Assembly (NCBI GenBank): GCA_040752415.1
Contig: JBFMGU010000204.1
Coordinates: forward strand, 1 to 19,283
DNA length: 19,283 bases
Direction: 5' to 3'
From: Myxococcota bacterium
GTDB taxonomy: Bacteria > Myxococcota > JACRCW01
Shown: piece by piece, positions 7,639 to 15,810 of the stretch
How positions within the stretch are numbered: the stretch's first letter is position 1
Layout: each line of letters begins with the position of its first letter
Notes under the pieces: generated by a model
The model's input: only the letters and a program-made list of their open reading frames with translations
Databases searched by the model: none
What the model was told of the DNA's origin: nothing
Position numbers and translations under genes: made by a program

Positions 7639-8715
7639 TTACCCGGGGGGAAGGCGCTTCTGTGTCTCAGGACCCAATCGCGCCGCCGCGGCCCGGTATT
7701 CGTTCCTGAGCGCGTGGATGGAACGCTCCACCTCGTCCTCCAGGGCCGTGGCTTCCTCTCCGGAGGCCTGGTCATGCGCGCGCACGCGTCCTTCCACGTC
7801 GGAGATCCTGGTGCGGAGGTCCTGGGCTGTCTCGCGCACGCTGGTGCGCACCTCGGCACTCTCGGAGCGGGAAGCGCGCTCCAGCTCGTCCACGGCGGTG
7901 CGCAGTCGGGCCAGGCGGTCCAGCGCGTGACGTGAGAAGGCCGTGCGCCCGGGCGCGGCGTCACGTGCGGAAGCGCCAGGGCGGTTCTCCGGACGTAACA
8001 TGAAGAACGCGTCGGTGTAGTCGTCCTCCATCTCGCGCAGCGCGGCTTCGATGTCGTCGTGCAGCGTGACCCACTGCGGTCCGTGCGCGTCGGTCAGGCC
8101 GCGGGCGCGCTCCGCCATGTCCAGGATGTGCTCACGGATCTCCGCCACGACGTTCTTGATGGACTCCTGCACCAGCGGCCCTTCGCTCCCGGCGGCCTTC
8201 TGCAGCGCATCCACGCGCGTCTCCAGGTCCTTGAGCCGGTTGAGCGCGTGCACCGCGTACGGCGTGGTGGCGGGGATGAACGCGCCACCCACCGTCACGC
8301 CGTCGCCGCGCCGCGCACCCGGACGCTCCTCCTCCATGTCCATGCCCAGCTCCCGCACCCGTCGGGACAGGGCATCCAGGCGCAGCTCGATCTCGTCGTG
8401 GAGGGCCACCCAGCGCGCTCCCGTGGTGCCCTGCAGCCGGGACGCCAGCGTGCGCAGCTCCGTCACCTCCGACGACAACCCGCGCAGCTCCGTCTGCCAG
8501 CGGGCGCGTGGTCCCGGTTGCGCCTGCGTGGCCACGTTGCGCTCCAGCTCCCGCATGCGCACCTCCAGCTCCTGCAGTCGCGTGGCCACGTGCTGCGGGT
8601 AGACCTGCGTCTCCTCCGCGCTGGGACGGGGAACGGTTTCTGGAGGCGCGGCCGCGGGCGAGACCGCGGGAGACATGAGACACACGGTGATGACGACGGA
8701 AGCGGGGCGGACCAT
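7639..8715 (-). CDS. Putative secreted protein with three ~81-aa helical/coiled-coil repeats
   Basis: The ATG at 8715 is preceded by AAGGAG. The N-terminus MVRPASVVITVCLMSPAVSPAAA looks like a signal peptide. Repeats begin YPQHVATRL, YAVHALNRL and FSRHALDRL. The longer 9342 start in the ORF track overlaps the opposite-strand kinase. Confidence 0.75.
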   Translation of the reverse strand: MVRPASVVITVCLMSPAVSPAAAPPETVPRPSAEETQVYPQHVATRLQELEVRMRELERNVATQAQPGPRARWQTELRGLSSEVTELRTLASRLQGTTGARWVALHDEIELRLDALSRRVRELGMDMEEERPGARRGDGVTVGGAFIPATTPYAVHALNRLKDLETRVDALQKAAGSEGPLVQESIKNVVAEIREHILDMAERARGLTDAHGPQWVTLHDDIEAALREMEDDYTDAFFMLRPENRPGASARDAAPGRTAFSRHALDRLARLRTAVDELERASRSESAEVRTSVRETAQDLRTRISDVEGRVRAHDQASGEEATALEDEVERSIHALRNEYRAAAARLGPETQKRLPPG

Positions 8716-8857
8716 GGCTGCTCCTTCGTTTCGTGGTCTGGTGTATGCGGTGGCTTGGGGCGGGCAAGGCTGTGGGCGCGTGGAGCGTGGACGTGGCCGG
8801 GACCCGGGATGCTGACGCGTGCATGGCGCTGGAGTACGGAGGAGCCGGGAGCGCTCG

Positions 8858-10051
8858 ATGACCGACGAGAAACCCAAGTCCCCACCCGCGTTGCTGCCTC
8901 CTGGAGCGGCATCACGCGACGTGTCTCCGTGGTACGTGGCGCGACCCAAGCCGGCCGTTGTTGCGGGGACCTCCGGCGCGCCGGGAGGCCGCATCCTCCT
9001 GGTGGGCGCCGTCGAGCACACGCGTGCGTCGGTGGGCGCGGAGCTGCGACGACAGGGCTTCCAGGTGCAGGAGCTGGGCGCGGAGCTGGATCCCTCCACG
9101 GTGAAGGTGGACGCCGACGTGATCCTGGTGGACCTGGCCATGGGTGAGGCGTCCGGTCTTGCCCTGGTGCAGGCGGTCCGCGCGCGTGACGAGACGCGTG
9201 GCATCCCCATCATCGTCCTGAGCGACCACACGGAGCCCGACCAGGTTGTGCGCGCGCTCGGCGCGGGGGCCAGTGACATCGTCAGCAAGCCGGTGCAGCT
9301 GGAGATCCTGGCGGCGCGCCTGGGCGTCCACCTTTCCAACAAGCGCGCGCTGGAACGCGTCCAACGTCACAACCAGCTCCACCGCGACCTGTTGCGCATT
9401 GCCTCCCACGACCTGCGCAACCCCATGGCGGCGGTGATGCTGAACCTGCAGTTCCTGGACCGGCGCTCCGCGCCGTTCATGCCGCCCGAGGAGCGGAAGC
9501 TGGTGCGTCGCGCGGTGCGCAATGCGCAGTTCTCCCTGGACCTCCTGGAGAACCTGCTGGAGCTGGTGAACCTGGAAGGCGGCGTGGGGGCGGTCAGGCA
9601 CACCGACGTCAACGTGGCCCAGGTGGTGGACGAGGTGATGGAGCGTCACGCCGCGCGCGCGGAAGAGAAGCGCGTGGAGCTGGTCTCCTCGCTGCCGGAG
9701 ATGCCCACCACGGTGCGCGGCGACGCCATCCGCCTGCAGCAGGTGCTCAACAACCTCATGTCCAACGCGCTCAAGGCCACGCCGGACGGAGGCAGGGTGG
9801 AGCTGCGGGTGACGGTGCAACCGCAGACGGTGAACCTGGACGTGGTGGACCACGGTCCCGGCATTCCCGCCGAGGTGCAGGCCCGGTTGTTCCAGGGTGT
9901 GGTGCCCCACGCGCGCGCGGAGAGCGGTGAGAAGTCCACCGGGCTCGGGCTCATGATCGCGCGTCGGCTCGTCGAGCTGCAGGGCGGAACGTTGGTCATC
10001 ACCAGCGCCGAGGGCGTGGGCACCACGGCGAGCGTGCGCCTGCCCCGCTGA
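8858..10051 (+). CDS. Hybrid response regulator / sensor histidine kinase (REC-HisKA-HATPase)
   Basis: Receiver motifs DVILVDLAMG, IPIIVLS, GASDIVSKPV. H-box ASHDLRNPM, N-box QVLNNLMSNALK, G1 DHGPGIP, G2 STGLGL. The ATG at 8858 follows GGAGGAG/GGGAG. Confidence 0.92.
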   Translation: MTDEKPKSPPALLPPGAASRDVSPWYVARPKPAVVAGTSGAPGGRILLVGAVEHTRASVGAELRRQGFQVQELGAELDPSTVKVDADVILVDLAMGEASGLALVQAVRARDETRGIPIIVLSDHTEPDQVVRALGAGASDIVSKPVQLEILAARLGVHLSNKRALERVQRHNQLHRDLLRIASHDLRNPMAAVMLNLQFLDRRSAPFMPPEERKLVRRAVRNAQFSLDLLENLLELVNLEGGVGAVRHTDVNVAQVVDEVMERHAARAEEKRVELVSSLPEMPTTVRGDAIRLQQVLNNLMSNALKATPDGGRVELRVTVQPQTVNLDVVDHGPGIPAEVQARLFQGVVPHARAESGEKSTGLGLMIARRLVELQGGTLVITSAEGVGTTASVRLPR

Positions 10052-10054
10052 GCG

Positions 10055-10732
10055 TCACGTCGGCGGAGCGGCGGCCGGACCCTCCTGCGCCCGGGCGCGG
10101 GAGAGCAGCTCGCGCACCTCGTCGTCGGAGGTCTGGCCAAACCGGTCAAACCAGGGACTGATGGCGTACATGAACGCGGGTTGGAGCGGGCAGACCACCT
10201 CGTCGGCGTCGTGCTCCAGCAGGCGGACCGTCACCGTGGGGGCCACGCCCACCGCCACAATCACGTGCGTCGGACCCAGCTGCTTCAGCGCCTGGAGCGC
10301 GGCGCGCATGGTGGTGCCGGTGGCCACGCCGTCGTCGACGAGAATCACGGTCTTGCCGCGGATGTCCGGCGCCGGGCGCCCGCCGCGGTACGCCCGCTCC
10401 CGACGCTCCAGCTCCACCTTCTCCCGCTCCGCCACCGCGTTGATGTCCTCTTCCCTGAGGCCAAGCTCGCTCACCACCTGCCGGTTCACCACCCTCACGT
10501 TCCCCGACGCAATGGCGCCCATGGCCAGCTCCTCCTGCCACGGCACACCCAGCTTCCGGACCACGAACACATCCAGCGGCGCACGCAATGCGCGGGCCAC
10601 CTCGTACGCCACCGGGACGCCTCCGCGCGGAAGCGCCAGCACCACCACGTCACGACGTTCCGCCAGGTGGGCCAGCTCCGCGGCAATCACCATGCCCGCG
10701 TGACGACGATCCTTGTAGCGCTCAAGCTGCAT
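10055..10732 (-). CDS. Type I phosphoribosyltransferase family protein
   Basis: VLALPRGGVPVA, VRKLGVPWQEELAMGAIA and the PRPP-binding motif VILVDDGVATGTT. The ATG at 10732 is preceded by GGAGG; 10744 is an alternative start. Confidence 0.92.
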   Translation of the reverse strand: MQLERYKDRRHAGMVIAAELAHLAERRDVVVLALPRGGVPVAYEVARALRAPLDVFVVRKLGVPWQEELAMGAIASGNVRVVNRQVVSELGLREEDINAVAEREKVELERRERAYRGGRPAPDIRGKTVILVDDGVATGTTMRAALQALKQLGPTHVIVAVGVAPTVTVRLLEHDADEVVCPLQPAFMYAISPWFDRFGQTSDDEVRELLSRARAQEGPAAAPPT

Positions 10733-10876
10733 CCGTTCCTCCATGGCGCACCACGCGCAGGGCAACGACCTTCACGGGTGTACGGACGGGCATGACGGCT
10801 TTCACACGTCGTCAGAGTCCTGGGCCGCGTCCATGCGCTTCACGCAGCGACGGAGCCCACGCACGGCTATCACTCC

Positions 10877-11302
10877 GTGAAGGGGTGCTGCGTGGGCTCG
10901 TCCGAGTATTTCGAACATGTGGCGGACATGGGCGTGGTGGGGCGTGGCACCACGTTGGGCGAGGCGTACGAGGGTGCTGCCGCGGCCATGTTCGGGCTCA
11001 TGGCGGATCTGTCCGAGGTGCATCCGCGGGAAACGGTCCGCTTCAGCTTCACCGAGCCCGACGTGGAGCTGGCGTTGGTGGTCTGGCTCAACCGCCTGCT
11101 GGTGGAGGCGCGGACGCGCGGCATGGTCTTCCGCACCTTCCGTCTCCGACGAGAAAACGACACCTGGCACGGTGAGGCCTCCGGTGAGCGTTGGCGCGAG
11201 GGCCTGACGAGAGGGACGGAGGTCAAGGGCGCCACGCTCACCGCGCTCCGCGTGGGGCAACGGGACGGGACGTGGGAGGCGCGCTGCGTCGTCGACATGT
11301 GA
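10877..11302 (+). CDS. Archease
   Basis: N-terminal YFEHVADMG, central WLNRLL, C-terminal EVKGAT...VVDM. It lies directly upstream of rtcB. The start may instead be the GTG at 10892. Confidence 0.93.
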   Translation: MKGCCVGSSEYFEHVADMGVVGRGTTLGEAYEGAAAAMFGLMADLSEVHPRETVRFSFTEPDVELALVVWLNRLLVEARTRGMVFRTFRLRRENDTWHGEASGERWREGLTRGTEVKGATLTALRVGQRDGTWEARCVVDM

Positions 11303-11314
11303 GAGGGACGGGTC

Positions 11315-12742
11315 ATGGACATCCAGGGATTCCAGGAGAAGAGACCACGTTGCTGGAGCATTCCCGTGGCTCCCGCGGAGCAGCGCGCGCCGGTGCAGTT
11401 CTTTGGTGATGAGCAGCTCCTGGCGACGATGGACGACAAGGTGCGGGAGCAGATCATGAACGTGGCGCGCCTGCCGGGGCTGGTGGGCGCGGCCATGACC
11501 ATGCCGGATGCGCATTGGGGCTACGGCTTTCCCATTGGTGGCGTGGCGGCGTTCGACCCCGAGCAGGGCGGCATCATCTCCGCCGGCGGCGTGGGGTTTG
11601 ACATCTCCTGCGGCATCCGTTGCCTGCGCACCAACCTGGCGCTGTTCGACATCTCACCGCTCCTCACGCCGCTGGCCGACGAGCTGTTCCGTCGGATTCC
11701 CGCCGGCGTGGGTGAGGAGGGACACCTGCGCCTCTCGGTTTCGGAGCTGGACGAGGTGCTGCTGGGCGGAGCGCGCTGGGCCGTGGACCACGGGTACGGG
11801 ACCCAGGACGACCTGGAATTCGTCGAGGAGAACGGCCGCATGTCCGGCGCGGTGCCGGAGAACGTCTCCCTGCACGCCAAGCAGCGGCAGCACGGTGAGA
11901 TGGGCACGCTGGGCTCGGGCAATCACTACCTGGAAGTGCAGGTGGTGGAGCACATCTTCGACGGGGAGGCGGCGGAGGCGTTTGGCCTGGTGAAAGGGCA
12001 GGTGGTGGTGTCCATCCATTGCGGGAGCCGCGGACTGGGTCACCAGATTGGCACCGACTACCTCCTCAGCCTGGCCCGCGCCGCGGGTCGCCTGGGCATC
12101 ACGCTGCCGGACCGTGAGCTGGCCTGCGCGCCCATCCTTTCCGACGAGGGACAGCGTTACCTGGGCGCCATGAACGCGGGCATCAACTGCGCCCTGGCCA
12201 ACCGCCAGATCCTGGCCCACCTCACCCGCGCGGCGTTCCGCTCCATCTTCCCGCACGCCCAGCTTGAGACGCTCTATGACGTCAGCCACAACACCTGCAA
12301 AGCCGAGCACCACGACGTGGATGGGCGGCCCCGGCTGCTGTACGTGCACCGCAAGGGCGCCACGCGCGCGTTCGGCCCCATGCATCCGTCATTGCCGGCG
12401 CGCTACCGCCACGTGGGGCAGCCGGTGATCATTGGCGGCACCATGGGCACGGGGTCGTACGTGCTGGTGGGCATGGAGGGGAATCCGGCGTTCTCGTCGG
12501 CAAGCCACGGTGCCGGCCGGTCCATGAGTCGACACGCGGCGCTCAAGCAGTGGAGCGGAAGGAAGCTGGTGGACGAGCTGGCGCATGAAGGCATCCTCAT
12601 CCGGACCCGGTCCATGCGTGGCGCCGCCGAGGAAGCGCCGGGCGCCTACAAGGACGTGGACGTGGTGGCGCGCGCCACGGAGGCGGCGGGGCTGGCGCGT
12701 CGCGTGGCGTTCCTCAGGCCCAAGGCGTGCGTGAAGGGGTGA
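11315..12742 (+). CDS. rtcB: RtcB RNA 3'-phosphate/5'-OH ligase
   Basis: MPDAHWGYGFPIGG, GVGFDISCG, GTLGSGNHYLE, IHCGSRG, YDVSHN, VHRKGAT, SHGAGR, EEAPGAYKD, and a terminal VKG. GAGGG lies upstream of the ATG. Confidence 0.97.
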   Translation: MDIQGFQEKRPRCWSIPVAPAEQRAPVQFFGDEQLLATMDDKVREQIMNVARLPGLVGAAMTMPDAHWGYGFPIGGVAAFDPEQGGIISAGGVGFDISCGIRCLRTNLALFDISPLLTPLADELFRRIPAGVGEEGHLRLSVSELDEVLLGGARWAVDHGYGTQDDLEFVEENGRMSGAVPENVSLHAKQRQHGEMGTLGSGNHYLEVQVVEHIFDGEAAEAFGLVKGQVVVSIHCGSRGLGHQIGTDYLLSLARAAGRLGITLPDRELACAPILSDEGQRYLGAMNAGINCALANRQILAHLTRAAFRSIFPHAQLETLYDVSHNTCKAEHHDVDGRPRLLYVHRKGATRAFGPMHPSLPARYRHVGQPVIIGGTMGTGSYVLVGMEGNPAFSSASHGAGRSMSRHAALKQWSGRKLVDELAHEGILIRTRSMRGAAEEAPGAYKDVDVVARATEAAGLARRVAFLRPKACVKG

Positions 12743-12845
12743 AGGCGCGGCCAGGGACGCGGGCGTGACGTCGTGGAAACGCGTTGCCGGCACCGGGCCT
12801 GATGACTACGTCCGACGACACACGTGCGTACCGGGAGGTGGAGAC

Positions 12846-13463
12846 ATGGGCGCGGGAGAGCACGGAGAGTCGCTATACGGTCCACGTCATGGCGTGAGGG
12901 AAGAGCTGGGGAGCTGGGGCCCGGAGCCTGAGGCGCTGGGTGAGGCGCGGGGCAGACGGCCGCGGTCATGGTCACCGCGGGACCGCCTGGTGGAGTGGGA
13001 GCACGACCTCATGAGCCCCGCGTACCTGGAGAACATGGAGCGCGCGGAATGGGAGCCTTCCCGTTGGTCGGAGGAACATCGTCGACGGGAGGAGGAGCTC
13101 ATGGCCGCGCTGTCCCCCCGTCCCAGCTTCCGCGGTGTGGGCCCGCGCGGCTACCGCCGCAACGACGTCCGGATCCTGGAAGACGTCATGGACGCGCTCA
13201 CGTTCCAGGATCTCCTCGACGCCACGGACGTGGAGGTGGCCGTCACCGACGGGGTGGTGACGTTGAGCGGCGCCGTGTCACACCGGGGAGACCGCCACGC
13301 CGCGGAGGACCTGGTGGCGGACGTTCCCGGCGTGCGGGACGTGCACAACAACCTCCGCGTCCGCACCGCGCGTGAGACCGAGGAGCTGATGCGCAAGCGG
13401 CAGGAGGCGATCGTCGACGAGGGACGCCACGGTGGACCGTGGTCCGCACAGGAGCGCTCCTGA
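12846..13463 (+). CDS. BON domain protein (copy 1)
   Basis: RGVGPRGYRRNDVRILEDV...DATDVEVAVTDGVVTLSGAV...AEDLVADVPGVRDVHNNLRV. The ATG at 12846 follows GGAGGTGGAG. Confidence 0.88.
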   Translation: MGAGEHGESLYGPRHGVREELGSWGPEPEALGEARGRRPRSWSPRDRLVEWEHDLMSPAYLENMERAEWEPSRWSEEHRRREEELMAALSPRPSFRGVGPRGYRRNDVRILEDVMDALTFQDLLDATDVEVAVTDGVVTLSGAVSHRGDRHAAEDLVADVPGVRDVHNNLRVRTARETEELMRKRQEAIVDEGRHGGPWSAQERS

Positions 13464-13951
13464 TGGTGAAGCAACCTTCCCCGCCCGGGGAACGGCGCGC
13501 CGGTCTTCCCTGGTATCACGACCCCTCGACGCGACCGCAGCTTCCCCCGCACCACGACGTGGGACGCTGGTACCGCGACCTGGCGGAGGAGCGCTGGGTG
13601 GCGGCCCAGGAGACGTCCCGTGAGTACGGTCGCCGGGAGGGGATGGACCTGCCAACGCCCCCGCCGGCGGCCGCACCGGGACCACACCGCGGACACGGGC
13701 CCCGGGGCTACGCCCGTCTCGACGAGCGCATCCGCGAGGAGGTCCTGGATGCGTTGACCTTCCAGCATGTGCTCGACGCCACGCACGTGGAGGTCGCCGT
13801 CCGCGAGGGCGAGGTGACGCTGGAGGGCACGGTGGGGTCTCGTCGACAGAAGCGCGCGGCGGAGGACCTGGCGGAAGGCGTCCGCGGCGTGCGCATTGTG
13901 CACAACCGTCTCCGCGTGGGGCCCAACGCCGTCGCTGGGGGCGCGTCGTAA
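13463..13951 (+). CDS. BON domain protein (copy 2)
   Basis: RGHGPRGYARLDERIREEV...DATHVEVAVREGEVTLEGTV...AEDLAEGVRGVRIVHNRLRV. TGATG overlap with copy 1 and AGGAG upstream. Confidence 0.88.
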   Translation: MVKQPSPPGERRAGLPWYHDPSTRPQLPPHHDVGRWYRDLAEERWVAAQETSREYGRREGMDLPTPPPAAAPGPHRGHGPRGYARLDERIREEVLDALTFQHVLDATHVEVAVREGEVTLEGTVGSRRQKRAAEDLAEGVRGVRIVHNRLRVGPNAVAGGAS

Positions 13952-14349
13952 TGCTACCTGGTCACCTGACGTCGTCACGGCGGGGCCGGGGAGGACTCGC
14001 GCTGCCAGTATCCAGGGCGTGAGCCGGCGCCACAGCCGTAGGGGCTAGGCATTTCCACGTCGTGATAGCGGCCAAAGCGGAAGGAAATGCCTCTAGCCCG
14101 GGGCCACGAATCTTCCTCGAGTGAACCAACGTGTCCAGGAAGGATGCTCAGCACACACCCCCGCTTGCATGGGTGACGTTGGGGGTGACGGCGTGGTCTC
14201 CGTCGGCCCCGGGCTAGGCATTTCCGTCCGCTCTCGTCGCTGCCACGACGTGGAAATGCCCAGCCCCTACGGCTGCGGCGTCGGCTCACGCCCTGGATAC
14301 TGGCTGCTCGGGGGACACTGCGGTGACGACGTCAGGTGACCGGGCAGTA
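13952..14349. repeat. Composite inverted-repeat element (arms 13952-14105 and 14205-14349), REP/MITE-like
   Basis: Both arms, in opposite orientation, share GGTCACCTGACGTCGTCAC, GCCAGTATCCAGGGCGTGAGCCGRCGCCRCAGCCGTAGGGGCTRGGCATTTCCACGTCGTG and GGAAATGCC(TC)TAGCCCGGGGCC. Confidence 0.93.
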
Positions 14350-14516
14350 CGAAGCCCGTTTCTCGACGGAAGCGGCCAACGCTCCCGCCAATGAGATCGG
14401 CAGGCAATGAAGATGGTTACGTCCTGCTCACCGCTCGGCGGGTGGACGCACCACGCAGGACTGACCGTGGTGGCTCTTCGAGGGCCAGGTGCAGAAGAGC
14501 GCACCCAACCTGGTTG

Positions 14517-15230
14517 CTACGGAACGCCCAGCGGCATCACCGCCAGCGGGGCTTCACCGTCGGCCATGCCCACGGCCTGCGCCAACCTGGCGTCGTCGAA
14601 GGCGCCAACCACCACCGTGCCCAGTTCCATCGCCACGGCTTGCAGCGCCAGATTCTCCGACGCGGCGCCCGCTTCGAAGGCCACGTACCGCGGAGCTCGC
14701 TCACCGTAGCGGGCCGCGGTGCGCTCGTGGACGCCGGCAATGATGACAATGGCCGGTGCATCTCCCACCCAACCCTGGCCCGTTGCATCCGCCACGGCGG
14801 GGCGCTGGTCGACGTCGCCCATCACCACCTCCACCTCCTCCGACTGGGGAAGGTAGCGGTACACGCCGGGCGAGAGACCCTCGACGCTGCCCGCCACGAG
14901 GTAGAGCTCCAGGGGGTAGGTGGCGCCGGCGGAGGGCGCGGTGCGATGTCCCGCGTCGTCGGTGATGCCTTGCGCGGCCCACAGGAGCTGCGCCACCTGC
15001 GTCGCGGACGGTCCCGCGGAGTAGCTGCGGATGGAACGGCGCCGCTGGATGGCCCCATCCACCGACGTGGCCGGGCCCGGTCCCACCGACTTGGGAAACG
15101 CCAGCCTGGGCCGCGGCTGCGACGAAGCAGTTGGCGTCTCTCCCGCTGGTGCCAGGCTGCACATGGTGATGCCCAACGCTCCAGCCCCCGTGACCAGCCA
15201 TGCGCGCATCCCCAGCGTCCTGGTTGCCAT
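14517..15230 (-). CDS. SagB/ThcOx-type nitroreductase-family oxidoreductase with an N-terminal hydrophobic segment
   Basis: AIQRRRSIRSY, QLLWAAQGIT, RTAPSAGATYPLELY, EAGAASENLALQA, GTVVVGAFDD. GAGGAGGGAG lies upstream of the ATG. Confidence 0.92.
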   Translation of the reverse strand: MATRTLGMRAWLVTGAGALGITMCSLAPAGETPTASSQPRPRLAFPKSVGPGPATSVDGAIQRRRSIRSYSAGPSATQVAQLLWAAQGITDDAGHRTAPSAGATYPLELYLVAGSVEGLSPGVYRYLPQSEEVEVVMGDVDQRPAVADATGQGWVGDAPAIVIIAGVHERTAARYGERAPRYVAFEAGAASENLALQAVAMELGTVVVGAFDDARLAQAVGMADGEAPLAVMPLGVP

Positions 15231-15420
15231 GCTCTCCCTCCTCGTGCGGACCGACCTCCCACGGGGATGTAGGAATGCCGCTCCGCGTCGGCAGACCGCT
15301 GCTCGTGCCGCGGGTCGGCGTCACCAAGGGCCAGATGGCGGACATGATCAGGTCGTGGCACGCTGGCGTTGGCTCCACGCGAGGTGGGGCCGTGCAGCAT
15401 GGGGGAGTGGCGGAGCAAGG

Positions 15421-15810
15421 ATGTTGGAAGAACGGGCCAAGCGCGTACTGGTGGTGGAAGATGACAAAGACATCCGAGAGAGCCTGGACTTCCTGCTCAC
15501 CTCGGAAGGCTACGCGGTGAGCACGGCGCCCGACGGAGCGACCGCCCTGCAGTGGCTGACCGGCAACCCTCCGCCGTGCGTGGTGATCCTGGACCTGATG
15601 ATGCCACGCATGAGTGGGTGGGAGTTGTGCGCGGCCATGGCGGCGGACCCGCGCCTCCGCGACATCCCCGTGCTGGTCATTACCGCGAGTGGCACCAACG
15701 TGGTCGCGGACCTTCCCCGTCACATGGTCCGCGCGGTGCTGACCAAGCCCATCGACGTCGACAAGCTGATGGACGTTGTGGCCACGGCGTGCCCCGGTGC
15801 GGGGCGCTAG
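15421..15810 (+). CDS. Single-domain response regulator
   Basis: VLVVEDD, VVILDLMMPRMSG, IPVLVITA, VLTKPID. The ATG at 15421 follows GGAG. Confidence 0.93.
   Translation: MLEERAKRVLVVEDDKDIRESLDFLLTSEGYAVSTAPDGATALQWLTGNPPPCVVILDLMMPRMSGWELCAAMAADPRLRDIPVLVITASGTNVVADLPRHMVRAVLTKPIDVDKLMDVVATACPGAGR

Noticed and set aside
8771..8796. Short CGTGG direct repeats in the divergent promoter region as a regulator site
   Set aside because: They are 5-bp GC-rich units with irregular spacing, which is too weak to support a call.
8716..9342. N-terminal extension of the 567-aa minus-strand ORF
   Set aside because: It overlaps the hybrid kinase on the opposite strand. A better start with AAGGAG and a signal peptide exists at 8715.
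10744..10759. Sigma54 promoter upstream of archease-rtcB (TGGCGCACCACGCGCA)
   Set aside because: GG-N10-GC spacing is met, but the TTGC -12 element is missing, and such matches are frequent by chance at this GC content.
13952..14349. CRISPR array, tRNA or autonomous IS at the repeat loci
   Set aside because: The repeats are inverted doublets, not regularly spaced direct repeats with spacers. No cas or transposase ORF and no cloverleaf or T-loop motif was seen.
14915..14945. SAGAT in the SagB-like protein as an ApbE flavinylation site
   Set aside because: It is the family's own PSAGAxYP motif and does not fit D-x-x-[ST]-G-A-[ST].
1482..15230. A single RiPP cluster joining the HExxH and SagB-like genes
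   Set aside because: They are over 11 kb apart with unrelated genes between, and no precursor, YcaO, radical SAM, protease or exporter is present.
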